Notes under the pieces: generated by a model
Database searches by the model: none
What the model saw: the letters and a program-made list of their open reading frames with translations, nothing else
Told to the model about the DNA's origin: nothing
Origin: Felis catus
Lineage: Eukaryota
Length of the DNA: 64,000 nucleotides
Assembly (NCBI RefSeq): GCF_018350175.1
Contig: NC_058368.1
Coordinates: 89,716,001-89,780,000 of the forward strand
Direction: 5' to 3'
In this document: positions 33,800-47,577 of the stretch, in pieces
Position numbering within the stretch: position 1 is the first letter of the stretch
Layout of the letters: every line of letters starts with the position of its first letter
Program-made: the position numbers and the translations under genes

Positions 33800-35450
33800 G
33801 CAACCCTAAACTTACCAAGATACCAACAAATTGTTCCAAATTTTTCTTGTAGTTTTAGTGGCCAACTTACAAAATGTGATTACGATTAAAATTTGTTAGA
33901 AAATGTACAAAAATCAGCATTCTTGGCTTGTATCATGATACAACATAAATTTTTTGTATCCGTCTGTGAAGGTCACAAATACTCTTTCCTTGGAGTTTCA
34001 ATTTTTGTTCACTCATATGCAGCTTGATACTGGTGAGAAAAATGTGTATCATACTGATATGGTTTGCTTTTGATTACTGAATATTTGGCAAGCATTCCTT
34101 TCATTGCAAGATAACCTTAAATTGGTATTAAAAGAACTGTAAGCCATTGTTAAAATTTCTTCATAATTCAACCAATGAGCTACTATTAGTAAAAGAAGAT
34201 CATTAAATTGTCTTCTCTCTCTCTGAATAGTCTTAACTGGTGATGGTTCTTTGATTTGAAATTATATACACTTATCAGCTATGACACTTTTCAGTCTGTT
34301 TCGGAAATTTCAATAAGCATAAGGTGAAACACAATAAAGGAAATCAAGGCTCATAAAAAAAATTCCGATAAACCCAGATTTTTAACCTAACATAGCTAGA
34401 GTGCCATCTGTAGTGACAGAAACAATTTTTCTTCGTATCTACAAGAAAATTTTTGGCAGATGTAAAAGATGCAAAAATATCTAGGCTGTAAGTTTGATTT
34501 TAGGCCGAGAATTCCCATTTCTTGGTAAATTTGGAAGTCCGTTAAGAAATAGCATACAGTAAGTATTAACTGGTTAGTGCCTTTTATATCACAAAACTCC
34601 TCTAAAGCTAGTAAGTACTTTCAACTTTTCAAATATTGAACCAATTATCTTTAATAGTATTAGGAAGATGGGGCGCCTGGGTGGCGCAGTCGGTTAAGCG
34701 TCCGACTTCAGCCAGGTCACGATCTCGCGGTCCGTGAATTCAAGCCCCGCGTCAGGCTCTGGGCTGATGGCTCAGAGCCTGGAGCCTGTTTCTGATTCTG
34801 TGTCTCCCTCTCTCTCTGCCCCTCCCCCATTCATGCTCTGTCTCTCTCTGTCTCAAAAATAAATAAATGTTAAAAAAAAATTATAAAAAAAATAGTATTA
34901 GGAAGATCTTGTATTCTATAGGTAACTGTTGGCGTAACTGAACGTATTTCATTTTTGTAAAATATTGTCTTCATTTTCTAACAAAATTTCCAAACAAATA
35001 TATTTTTATATCATATCTCCATTAAAAAATTCTTTTCCTGTGGAAGAATACAAGCCCTTTTATAGCTGGCCAAATCTACAAGCGCATATCCTATTATAGT
35101 TAGAAAAAAACGAAAAACACCTTTCTGTGGGACTTTCATTTCAGGTGATTAATTTCATCTATTATTCTTTTTTGACTGTTAACAGAACACTGAATTCAGT
35201 AAGTATTTGAAGAAAATGTATCTTAATGTTCACTTTATTACCTCTCTAACAGAGGTTTTTCCTTTTCCTCTGGTGCAGTAAATTGCAATTGTCATTCATC
35301 ATGAAATTCAATGACACACTTTAGTCTAGTCTTTATTGGGACTCGCTCACTTCTATCTATATCACTACTGACTTTAAATTTAGTAATTTGACCATAGTTT
35401 TTAAACCAGAAAAATAATTTATATTAAAATGAACAAAGGGATCTCAATTA
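33800..35450 (-). mobile_element. Fossil hAT (Charlie/Buster-like) DNA transposon, transposase remnant
   Basis: Colinear minus-strand motifs LASYK (~35065), KYLLALEEFCDIKGTNQLIL (34561-34620, cf. SLALDESxDxxDTAQL), KIVSVTTDGTLAMLG (34385-34429) and HMSEQKLKLQGKSICD (33972-34019). Confidence 0.8.
34670..34890 (+). mobile_element. Young felid SINE (SINEC_Fc-like)
   Basis: CpG-rich head GGGGCGCCTGGGTGGCGCAGTCGG...CAGCCAGGTCACGATCTCGCGG; perfect 17-bp TSD AATAGTATTAGGAAGAT. Confidence 0.95.
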
Positions 35451-35539
35451 CTAATGATTTACACAGGCACAGTAACTCCTGTTGCCAGCATAAAGAACTC
35501 AAACACATCTTAGTGTTACTTTGGTTAGTAAAATAGGGC

Positions 35540-35750
35540 AGAAACAGTTCTTTGACATCAACTGGTGAAATGTTTATGTCTAACACAATACAGTGGTTTC
35601 ATATCTTACACAATGTATCAGATACAGGGAAATTTGGTCCTATCACAATAGGGTTTCATTTAACAGAAAAACATTTTAGTTCCAGTCACATGAGCCATGT
35701 TTCAAGTACTCAAAAGGCACATGTGGCCAGAGGCTACCAGACTGAACACA
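35540..35750. mobile_element. MER3/MER33-like hAT MITE fragment
   Basis: CAGTCACATGAGCCATGTTTCAAGTACTCAAAAGGCACATGTGGCCAGAGGCTACC resembles the recalled MER3 core. Confidence 0.6.
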
Positions 35751-35847
35751 GGTCTAATCCTCGGTGTGAGGGGATACTTACTTGGGTTTGGAATTTTTGG
35801 ATTCCTTCCATTTGTTGTGTTGCTGTATTAAAGTATCTTTAAAAAAA

Positions 35848-36957
35848 TTTTTTTTAATGTTTATTTTTGAGAGAGAGAGAGAGAGACAGCACGAGTAGGG
35901 GAGGGCAGAGAGAGAAGGAGACACAGAATCTGAAGCAGGATCCAGGCTCTGAGCTGTCAGCAGTCAGCCCAACCGACGCAGGACCCGTGAACCCATGAAC
36001 CCATGAACTGTGAGATCATGGCCCGAGCTGAAGTAGGACACTCAATGGACTGAGCCACCCAGGTGGTCCTTAAAGTATCTTTTAATGCCTACTAATTACT
36101 TAATTGTTCAGCAGAGAGACACACTGGATCTATTTTGCAGACTAAAATCTGCATGAAAAATAATACGAAATGTAGTAAAGCGTAGCTTGAGAAACAAAAT
36201 TCTGTGCGTAAATGTTTTGGTGAGGTCAGTAGAGGAAAAAAAACAGGTTGCTTTTGAGGCAAACACGTCTCTTACATGGAGTCAGGGTTTGTCTAATGAG
36301 AAAGTAAGGAGTGACTGAACAAAACTTGCTTTTCACCCACAAATGAGGAGGGATAAATCACGGTTCTTCCTAATTCTATTTCCTGAACATTTCAAATTCT
36401 CCTTTCTTTCTTCTCTTCTCTTACTGCCCTGCAAGCCATCCTCAGCTTACAGACCACAGCAGAAGCCAGTTAACTAGTTTTACTGTTTTTTTTTTTTAAA
36501 TTTTTAAATGTTTTTATTTATTTTTGGAGAGACAGAGGATGAACAGGGGAGGAGCAGAGAGGGAGGGAGACACAGAATTTGAAGCAGGCTCCAGGCTGTC
36601 AGCACAGAGCCCAATGCGGCGCTCGAATTCACGAACTGTGAGATCATGACCTGAGCCGAAGTCGGACGCTTAACCGACTGAGCCACCCAGGTGCCCCTAG
36701 TTTTACTGTTTTAATCCACCCTCCATAGCACTACTACAGCAGCCTTTCTAAAACATAAGCCTGGTAATGCTGCTCCTATTTAAAACCCTTCTAGAGGCAC
36801 CTGGATGGCTCAGTCAGTTAAGTGTCCAACTTCGGCTCGGGTCATGATCCCAAGGTTTGTGAGTTTGAGCCCTGTGCCTGCTTCAGGTTCTGTGTCTCTC
36901 TCTCGGCCCCTCCTCTGCTCACTCTCTCTCTCAAAAATAAACATTAACAAAGGTCTT
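35848..36957. mobile_element. Cluster of three Can-SINEs (35848-36069 -, 36487-36697 -, 36794-36957 +)
   Basis: Each has head and tail motifs and short TSDs (TAAAGTATCTTT; CTAGTTTTACTGTTTT). Confidence 0.9.
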
Positions 36958-38271
36958 AAAAATCCTTCTGTGGCTCTTTATCACCACCTACAGAGTTAAG
37001 TTCACCACCTATGGCTCAAGGTTCCAAAGGCATCTACTGTGTCCCAACCACTCACTTAATGCACTTCCCACTGAAAGACCCACATGTTCTAAATCCATTC
37101 TATTCATAACTATGCACCTTTCACAAAGGGTTTTATTGTAGCTATTATTCACCTGGGAAATAAGTTCTTAGTCCTTCAAAACTAGCTCTAAGGTCCCCTC
37201 TAGAAAACTTTATAGGCTCATGTACACAGAGATTTGCTCCCTCCATGCCTGGTGTACCTTTAGCACATGTTACGTTGAATTATAATGACCAAAGAGCAAC
37301 TTGAAGTCAGAGACCAGGGATGATAAATCTGTATTTCCGATCTTAGCATAATGTCTGACAAGAAGAAATTTCAAATGAGTATTGATGAGTATGGTGACCA
37401 AGAAAAGTACATTAAGAACAACTCTGATTCACCAAAATGGACATAGGGCTCCCACTATCAGGCCTGTTCAAAGTCACCACTAACAAGCATCGTATCAACG
37501 AGGAGAGAAGGTTCTGCTAACTCACAAAGCTCACAGTGTTGAGCATATACCCCTCACACCTATGTCACTGCCCTGAGAACCAGCCACCTGCATCAGCAGG
37601 AGTATTAAAAGGAAAGCTTTGGTCATGCCATCATTCCTTTTCAGCCTTTAACAGACCAGGTTTTCAAGAATTACGTAAAATTGCAAAATAGATACTACAA
37701 GTGGGTTTGCCATGCAGGGTAGACATGGAACTCACAGGGCTGAAGGACTGGTGGATACGACATTAACTAAGACACGGCTGTGCTGATGGGCTCCTTGGGG
37801 CCTGCAGCTTACTCAAAGTGAGTGCTAGAATGGCCTGAGAACTTTTGAGCCTGCCCGCCTCTGCAGAGTCACACTAGTGTAGTGAGCAAAATTTCTTATG
37901 ACAGGCCCAAAATAATTGAACAGCTTTTGAATATTAGAGTGATCTGAGGGTTGCAGTTCAAGAAAATTTTTAAAAACTGACATCTCCTTACTTACTTGAT
38001 TAAAAATGTTAATGTTGCTAAAGAAACCACAGAAAACTGGTTCACAATCCACTTTGTAATCCACTAGTTTTCCCAGTTCCTACAGACTGGTCAGTTAGAG
38101 TCATTTGGAGAGCAATCCACTTTGAACATTTTATGTTTTTTATTTGGAAGGAATTAACTTAGAGAAATGTTTCTCAACCTCTCGTAAAATTCTAGTAAAA
38201 ACTATCTTCTGTATGATTCTTCTAACACATAATGTTTACTAAAGTTGTCTTTACAGTACTTGTGAAAGCTT

Positions 38272-38441
38272 ATTTTTTTATGTTTATTTATATTTTGAGA
38301 GATATGGGGGGAGGGGCAGAGAGAGAGGGAGAGAGAATTCCCCAAGTAGTTCTGCACTGTCAGTCTATAGCCCCCACGTGCAGCTGGAACTCACCGAAAC
38401 CTAGAGAGGGACACATAACCAACTGAGCCACCCAGGTGCCC
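38272..38441 (-). mobile_element. Can-SINE, degenerate
   Basis: TSD GTGAAAGCTTATT. Confidence 0.85.
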
Positions 38442-38519
38442 GTGAAAGCTTATTCTAAAATCAGTTAAAATGTGAATACCTAAATAACACCCCAAATTGG
38501 GAATTCTCCATATATACAT

Positions 38520-41500
38520 GTTACCTAGAACCCAAAAAGCTTTATTGTAAATATATTTCACTTCATGTTCCCTTAGGTAGTTGGTTCCTCTAAAGAACAT
38601 AAACTAGAATTTATAAAGTAACATGGGCATAATACTTCATTTACTTTTTTACACACTTACTTCTTGACAGTTACGAGGAACAAGACTTTTCTGTTATAGA
38701 GACAAAATTACATATTAAGGATTAAGTAGAAAATGCCTACTTTAAAAACCGGACAGTCTTGGCAAATGCTCATTGTCATCTGATTTTAAAGGACTTTTTC
38801 TAGCATACATAAAAACTCACAAGTGTTCGAAGTAGTTTCCAAAAAGCAAATGGGCTTTTTCTGAAGAGTTGGGAAATACCATCTTTAAAGCTTATATATA
38901 CAATAACACACATGAAAAGCAAAACATCTAATGAATTTTTATAACCCCACCAACACAATGTTTGTTACCGTGTTTAAAAGCATTTATTTAAAATACGTCA
39001 AACTCCTTCCAAAAAAGACGGAAGACACATGAGCCTAATTCTTATATTGAACGAGGTATATTGGTAACAACAACAACAACAAAATTCCTAAATGCAAATG
39101 GACCATCAGTTGCCCAAATATCAAACTGAACTTTGGCAAAGATAGGAGTGTTATACAGAAAACACAGTCAGTACATGGTCTCCCATATCACGGCCCATTC
39201 ACTCACCCTTTCAGAGGATGACTTACAACCCTGTCCCAGACGACTCAGAATTTTAATCATATGGTCTGCTAACACTTATTCTTCTCAAACCTCAGTACTA
39301 CAGCTATACAAATTACACTTTTAAGATATTTGAAACAGATATTGAATTTATTGGTTGGCTATGAGTAGGAAAATACATCAGTAAAGAAAAGAGACCCTGT
39401 ATATAAATATAATACTAGCTAGTTACAATTTGACCAAGAAGGTTCCACTGAAAAGAACAGTAAAAGCCCTTGTTACCACCAGTCCATAGGTACATATTCA
39501 GTTTCCCATGACCCTTATCAAAGAGCTGCCTAGGCAAATGCGACATTCTTCAAGCTTAGTGCAGATAATGTGCTGGGTTCTGTTACATGAACGGTAAACA
39601 CAAATTAGCCCAGTGCATATTACACAAGATAATGTACTGTGAATAAAGACTAGATCTTCTATTTTAGACGCTACTTCAACATACCGGTTATTAAACTTTA
39701 TGTAACCAAAAAGAAGAGCCAAGTGAACATCTTAAAATACTGTTTCTGAGTAGGGGAGAGACACTTGCTAAAGGTGTTGTTTGAATTATCTGCAGCATTT
39801 GTATGGAATACTCTGACAGGTTCATTAAAAGAACAAACTGCTGTAATTGCTTTGCCTAGGTTGGCTTTTGTCTTACAGATGACATGACCCCAAGACCTTA
39901 GAAGTCACTATGGAAACGAATTCCATGAATTGAAATAGTAAAAAATGGAATACCACAACTGGAATTTGTCACTGAAAGCTTGAATCTTAAAAAGCTTTGA
40001 AATTTTAATTTCAACATTTAGAAGTGCATTCCACCCAATTTAATAATGTCCTTAGGTTTCAAAGTGCTAACTCAAAATAAGTTTTCCTGGCTGTCACCAA
40101 ATCAAGAATGAAAACACATTTCTTGGAGATGTTCCTTGCCTGTCTTCTAGAACTACTGAAGTTTCAATCAACAATTTCTACAACTTTAGTTTAAATTATG
40201 CCATAAGTTAATTTTGATGAACATTATTTAAATTCTCAAAGCATAAGTAATTACCAGTAATACGGTAAAATGTACTTCAAGAGATTTACAACAAGGAATT
40301 GAGTGCCTCCAAATTTCTGATCAGCAAAAACAGAAAACATATCCCAAAATTCTCTGTAAAACATTCATAAAATGGATTTATCCAGCAAGAACACTGAAAT
40401 TACATTATGGCAACACCACGTTAAATTTATGTGTTACAGAATTTTGAAAAAAGTCTATACTGTGAAAACATACTAATTTTTATTGCATTTTAAGGAGTAT
40501 GGATTATTGGAAATTACTCAGGACACAGAAAAGATTTAAAACACAAAACTTTGCTTAACAAAAGTTATCAGTCTATTTTGGTGTGACTGTTCAGTCCCTA
40601 AGGACCCAAAATATTTCTTTCTCTTTTGAAGGTGACACTTGTAAATCTACACCCTTGGTTCAATTTATCACTAGATGGAGAAGCTGTTCAAACTGGCCCA
40701 CAGAATGCAGTGTGCCCAGAAGAGGCAAGAACAAATAGTTGAGACACAACAGGCCCTCATATCTTACTATGCTGCCCCCAAATTCGAATATATTGTAGAC
40801 AATAACAAATACAGATGAAAACGTTTTGTGTAAAGCTCAAACCTTTAGCATCTAACAAGTGCACTCTAGTTCCAGCATCTACAAAAAGAATACATCCTCT
40901 GTTAACAAATACAAATGAGTAAGTGCTTCTCCCCTCCCCTGTCCATAAAGCTCTCTGGACCTGTTCTCACGTAATGCAGATCATAGGAAAAGCAGTTCCC
41001 TTGCCTCATCAGTCCAACCAGCTCCAGCTCGCTCGCCCTCGCTGGAAATTGTCATGATGCACGTTACCAACACAGTGTTTAGGAAAAATGAGTAAACACA
41101 CCTTTTATTCACACTTTACAAAAAAATAAAACAAAACAAAACAAAAACCCCATAAAAAGTTATGCATTGGTTCTACATCAGTAATACCAGCTTTCCAATG
41201 TACTGATTATAAACTGGATGTGTTTGGTGTCAGCACAACTTAAAACAAAAAGCAAAAAATAAAAAGTCATCACAACAAAATCTTTAAAACCCTCAAAGGA
41301 AAAACCAGGTCCCAGACAAAGATTCAAGATCAACACCTTTTGGAAAATTCTTTAAAAAACAAAAAAAATCATTTATTTAAACAGCATGTAATTTTATTTT
41401 CTCTTAAAAACAGAATAAGCACATTTAAGTGCTGAATATTTTTCATAAAATTTTAAGTCATTATCCAAAATGACTCATTCTCTGTATAAAAATTAAGAAC

Positions 41501-43142
41501 ATCTCAATGTTTTTTCTTAATGCTCACATGGTGTCCTTTTGCTCCCCTGCCTGCAGTTGAAACAAAAGCAGTTAGACCACGTTCCCTCTGAATTCATTTG
41601 ACTTTTGAGAGAATGAATGAATGAGAACAGAATACATACAAGTTACCTTTGCAAAGTTAAAAGCTGGCTTTAATCTCTAATCTACTACTGGCACTATGGG
41701 CAAAATACAGGGTACAACAGAACCTTTATCTCGGTTGACCTACTAAAATGACTCAGTCACTTTATAAATGATCTGAAGAATTGTCGTAGGGACCTGTTTT
41801 GAAAATACATCTCATTTATACTGTTTCATAAATGGAAAATTATTTTCTCTCTTTTTTTTTTAAAAAGGAATGATTAAAAAAAAACACATGGAAAACAAAA
41901 AGAATTCACATGATAGTAGTATTCTGGGTGACGAACAGCACTGTGCAATGACAGACACCAAGAAGCAGTGCTTGGGTCTGGTGAGCAAAGACCCAGGGAC
42001 CCACCCTATGAACATGTTCCAAAATGGGATATTCAATGCTTCACAATGGAAAAAAAGCCACAGCTCATACAAAAGCATTTTCATAAAATTCCCACAAATG
42101 TTAAAACAGTATTTAAAAAATATAAAAGAGGATGCACAGATTTTCTCTGCATGCACAGGCAGTGCTTGGTGAGAACAAATTTAGGCAGGCACAGTGGAGA
42201 TAGGACAGGAAGTGTCTCAAAAAGGAGTTAAGAAGCTGTATCCAAGCAGCTGGAATTTTTTAACTTAAAAAAGTTAAAGATTAAAAAATATCAGAATGTA
42301 CATATATCAACCATTACATTCAGTCCATAAATGCCTACACTGCTCAGCTTATCTGTCCTGGTAGATAGTTTTTGTAAAAACCCAGGAATTCATGAATAAG
42401 TTGCCTCTGGTCTGAGAAAATGTCCAAAGCTTTAAGCAGATTTAGATTTAAAGAGCAATGTTCTCAGTTTAAAAATAAAGTAGTACAAAAGGGCTAACAA
42501 AACCCTAACAGTGCAAATCATCAGCAGAGAAAGTCTGTTGCAACTTCTTTTACAAGCTGGCCTTTATAACACATGAAACAGTAAAAAAACTTAGCCTTAG
42601 TTTACAATACAATCATTTCCAAATCTGAATTTTTAGTACAAAATTTCATAAATCAGGTCTTCTGTGGATCATATACAATCATAAAGGCTAAATTCAAAGT
42701 CTCTATTTTACAAACAAGTCTGAAAAGGGAGGGAGTAGAGTATGGAAGAATGGTCTCTGGATGTTATTACTGGCCTCAAAAAAGTAGTGCTACAGATTTC
42801 TGTGCAAAGAGAATATGCTGTTCAAACATTTTCCTATTTCAAGGCATGAAAATATTACATTGGATAGAAGAAACAGGAAAATTACTTGTAACAAATTAAA
42901 GATAGGTGTAAACACACCGATCCCTGTCTAACAGTATATAAAGCATATTGGGCTCAGAATTTGTCTGTTGCTAGCACCTGGCTTTCATACGATATCCTTA
43001 TCAAATAATCAAGATCGAAAATTCAAATCCTCAAGGAAAAGAAAACAACAAAACAAAACCCTGGTGGCCATACCTCACTCCCCCACATTCAGATTTTATG
43101 AGTTTACAAGTGAAATTGAGGTTGTCCTCTGAAGGTACTTGA
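38520..43142 (-). other. CNOT6: CNOT6 long 3' UTR with several candidate poly(A) signals
   Basis: About 4.6 kb with no recognisable transposons, U-rich on the mRNA strand; minus-strand AATAAA at 41104-41109, 39347-39352, 38983-38988 and 38541-38546. Confidence 0.7.
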
Positions 43143-43355
43143 CTACCTCCTGCCAGGGAGGTGAATGCCGTTGACTTGGGGCAGGAAAGGCAGTAAGAGC
43201 TCCAGTTGTGCAAAAAGTGAGAAGTGGTCGGAGGGGATGAGTGGATGTGGGCAGCCGCTGATGTTATTCTCAACTAGCCAGTGGTGGTCCAGAGGTCCCA
43301 GGATGCCTAAAGTGTTCAGCTGAGGTTTAGAATAGAAGATGTAGTCAATTATACC
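43143..43355 (-). CDS. CNOT6: CNOT6 last coding exon (GIIDYIFY...PSDHF...HLPGRR*), 213 nt
   Basis: IDYIF and PSDH catalytic motifs; C-terminus QVNGIHLPGRR as recalled for CNOT6; TAG stop. Confidence 0.97.
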   Translation of the reverse strand, partial: GIIDYIFYSKPQLNTLGILGPLDHHWLVENNISGCPHPLIPSDHFSLFAQLELLLPFLPQVNGIHLPGRR

Positions 43356-43579
43356 CTGAAAAATAGAAGGAAAAAAAGATACAGCCTCACATAAGAGAAT
43401 ACTGAAACACTGAGAGCTTTCAAGACATACCCTTACAGTCATGTTTGGTAAACAAAGAAAGTGGCTGGCGTGTGAGAGGTAGGAAGACATAAACCAAATT
43501 GTCCCCCAAATGTCCAATCTAGCAGAATGAAGACAGTTTAGGTAGGAATAATAATCATGCATTCTTCCTCCTTTCTGGA

Positions 43580-44080
43580 CTTTTTAGAATCTTTAATGAG
43601 ACCTACAGGATCCTTCGTGGTATGGCCTCTGCTTCTCTGCCCTAACTTGATTTGTAATATTTTCCTATGCTCACTACCCTATCACCACACTAGCCTTCTT
43701 TTTTCCGGGTGGGGGTGGGGAAGACATTCCTTGAAGATGCCAAGCTCTTTCTTGCCCCAGGGCCTCCACATATACTGTTCCTTCTGCCTGGAACACTTTC
43801 TTCTTTCTACACGTCAGTTGGTTCATTTCTTCTCAGCCTTCGCGTGTTGAGTTCACCTTCCAAAGACCTTCTTGAATCCTGCCCTCACCCACTTAATACC
43901 TGCTACCACCTCCAAGTTTATTCTCTTGCTAAGTCGTACCCCAGGTGTAACTACACACTCATCTGCTTGGTTGAGACCTGCCTCTCCCATCAGACTGTCA
44001 ACTCCATGAGGGCAGGGCCATCTCTGCCTTTCACATCCTCAGCAGCACCCAGCACAGCACCTGGCATCTATTTGCCCCTC
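43580..44080 (+). mobile_element. L2 3' fragment
   Basis: CAGGGCCTCCACATATACTGTTCCTTCTGCCTGGAACAC and AGACTGTCAACTCCATGAGGGCAGGG match recalled L2 motifs. Confidence 0.75.
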
Positions 44081-44240
44081 TCCTCCCTGTAACTTGAGCC
44101 TCTCCTCAACATGGTTTCAGCCAAAACTATTTAAGCACATTCAGGTGTCTTCCTATCTCTGTATCAGCAACAGGAACAAGAGAGAAAAAATCCCTATCTC
44201 TCCCACCTTTTGGTTATCAGCCTCGCCTCCTCTTTACATC

Positions 44241-47200
44241 TTTTAAAAATGTTTATTCATTTTTGAGAGAGACAGAGCATGAGTGGGTGAGGGGTGGGGG
44301 GTGGGGGGGAGACACAGAATCCAAAGCAGGCTCTAGGCTCTGAGCTGTCAGCATAGAGCCCGACGTGGGGCTTGAACTCATGAACCGTGAGATCATGACC
44401 TGAGTCTAAATTGATGCTTAACTGAGCCACGAAGGTGCCCTCCTCACCTCCTCTTTAAAACAAAAATCTAAAAAATTGGTTTTCACTATCAATCACCTCA
44501 TTCTTCAACTCACCACATTCCAGTCTCTGTGCCTAGCTCTCCAGTGAAGCATCTTTCACCAACATCTTTCTGAAGCACAAAGCACACTCCTCTTTCCCTA
44601 GAAAGGCCTTCTTTCCTTGTCAGGTAGGCTCCTACACTGCCCTGGTTTTCTTCCTCTCTCTGATTACTCTTCTGTTGTTCACATGTTCATTTTCCCCAGA
44701 GTCTCCTCTAGCCTCTCTTCAACCGGACACACTCATTTGTTCCCAGGGTTAAATCATTATCTACAGTACTGTGGCTCCTCCAAAGTCAAATTAAAAAGAT
44801 TTCAAGCTCTAAGTCTAAACAGCGCTCCCCCTCTAAAATTAAGAACCAGCTAACGCTAGTATTTTCACTCTAACACATAATCTAATCTGAATGATCATTT
44901 TTCCAGGAGATTAGAAATGGAAAACTAAGATTTAGGAGAGCAGAAATTCAAAAGATGGTTAAAAAGGACAGATGAATGCAAGTCCTAAACAATCACCGAT
45001 ATTATCATTAAAAAAAAATTTTTTTTTTTAACATTTATTTATTTTTGAGACAGAAAGAGACAGAGCATGAACGGGGGAGGGTCAGAGAGAGAGGAAAACA
45101 CAGAATCTGAAACAGGCTCCAGGCTCTGAGCGGTCAGCACAGAGCCCAACGCGGGGCTCGAACTCACAGACCGCGAGATCATGACCTGAGCCGAAGTCGG
45201 ACACTTAACCGACTGAGCCACCCAGGTGCCCCAACAATCACTGATATTAAAAATGAGGAGAAGTTCTAAGGCAAGGCTCCATATTGTAAGCCGTTAACTG
45301 TGTATGAAATAAATAGAAGATGTATTTTAAAATGGCTAATATAAAACACATTTTGGCACTTGAGGAGTACAGTTTCACTTAAATTATAATATGAGAGATA
45401 AAATATGCCACTCCAGCTGACACCAAATTAGATACTACACAGTACTTTCCGAACAGCTGAGCATATAAGAAATGTATCTGCCCCAAAACAGTAACAGTTA
45501 ACTCAGGATTTACTATCATTATTTCATATGACTTCTCACCCTGGAAATGATTCTATCAAGTACCTCTCAAGTAGGAATGGGACACGGATCACATCAAATT
45601 CCACAGAAGAGTGATAAGAGAACACTGCTGTGAAGTGATTCAAGATGGCTTGCTTCCAGTCTGAACACACACCCACACTTGTGTTCAAAGAGAAAGCGCA
45701 CGCATGTGTGCACATGAGTGGTTGCGGGGAGGGAGGTAGCACAGAGGAAAGGGAGACAGAATCCCAAGCAGGCTCCACACTCAGCAAGGAGACCAACGTG
45801 GGGCTAGATCCCACGACCTTGGGATCATGACCTGAGTCAAAATCAAGAGTCGGACACTCAACCGACTGAGCCACCCAGGCACCCCTACACATCCACATTT
45901 TAAAGACATAATAAAGTTAAAAGATTCTCCAAAAAAACTGGAGGTTTGAAAAGTTTCTCAATCTCAAAAGTCACCTTGAAATCGAACGTGTAATTTGTGT
46001 AAGGCATCAGACCGCTCTCGTAGGCACTCTTCAACTTGAAACCATGAGTGATCCTTCCATTGGTTGTCCCGTTTTTCCCATTACAGCTGAAGTTTGTAAG
46101 ACTCTCATTATATCTCAGTTCCTTAAAATCTTTATGATTTGTTTCTACTCCACCGGTACTCAAGTATTCCACAACACCTATAATGAAGATACAGGTCCTT
46201 TGCTCACTGTCAAGTAGAATATGCAGTGTACAAAACTATAATGTAACAGTAAATACTTTAAACAGCACGTTCCTCCTTTCTAAAATGTTTGGTTGGTTGT
46301 TTTACGTCTCCTAGAACCTATCTAAATCCATTTTTACATGGTTTTGATCGTAGTATACTGCATATTTTATACTTTGCTGTGGCACATGAACTCGTGTCTT
46401 TTCGATCACCATTTTTTTAATGGCTGCTTAATACAACTGCCCTGGTGTTTCATATTTGTTAAACCAGTTCCTTATTTCTTAAAAAACTTCAGGTTGTTTC
46501 TACTTTTTAAAAGAATTAATACCATAATCAACATCTTAGTATGTAGGTTTCTGCTTATGCTGAATTATTTACTTGGTATAAAATACCAAGATTAGGATTA
46601 ATGTGCCATTATACATACTGCCCACTACATAAGAGAACGCCACCGGTTAGATGGGCTCTACAAATAGTTCTTTAACTTTGCATTTCATTAGTTAACAAGG
46701 TTGGACACTGCCCCATGCATGCGTCTGCCACTATTTTTAACACTGAAATGAGACTTACTATGTATTGTTTGACTAGAGTCTCCCTTTGCCCCTCAGATAC
46801 TTTGTAGCTAAACAGAATGCAGAACACACATACAGCAACTACTAGAGAATAGCTGTCAACTGCTTTAGCAGCTGTAATGCCCAGATAGCTTGATGAGATG
46901 GACTAAAGAATTATGGACCTCAGCTACCTTTACTTGCCCTGAAAATGAATTTTAACATAGTTACAGCTCCCATGTATCGTGATGGCAGTGATGTACTAGT
47001 GAACTGAACCAGCCCAAGTGGACGTATGTATGTGCATGCATGCTTACACACATACACAAGTGCCAGGAAAGTATTTTGTGTGAATGAGAGACTATAATCA
47101 AGGAGGAGCTGAAATATAAAAAGGAATAAGTACTTAGTTTGATATTATAAGAACTACGGCTTGTTCACTGTACTATCTAATGGAAAAGTATTCAGAAATA

Positions 47201-47577
47201 AGCCTTTCTGTATTCTTCTGCTTTGTAATAAAAATCAAGTCCCTGTTTTTTGGTGTTTTGTTTTTTTTTGTTGTTGTTGTTCAAATCACTTGCCCGATCT
47301 GTGTAAATAAAGGATCTCAATTTCCACCTAAGGTTTATTATTATTTTTTTTTTATTAAAAAAAAAATTTTTTTAACATTTATTTATTATTAAGAGACAGA
47401 GAGAGACAAAGCACAAGTGGGGGAGGGGCAGAGAGAGAAAGAGACACAGAATCCGAAGCAAGCTCCAAGCTCTGAGCTGTCAGCACAGAGACCAACACGG
47501 GGCTTGAATCCACAAACTGCGAGATCATGGACCTGAGTCAAAGTCAGACACTTAACCAACTGAGCCACCCAGCACCC
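44241..47577 (-). mobile_element. Four intronic Can-SINEs (44241-44439, 45019-45232, 45686-45884, 47345-47577)
   Basis: All on the minus strand with SINEC head and tail motifs; the 45019 copy has TSD AACAATCAC(C/T)GATATTA. The span also includes a CNOT6 exon. Confidence 0.9.
45975..46177 (-). CDS. CNOT6: CNOT6 coding exon (GVVEYLSTG...YTNYTFDFK), 203 nt
   Basis: Overlaps ORF 45900..46172; TAG acceptor and GTGACT donor. Confidence 0.97.
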
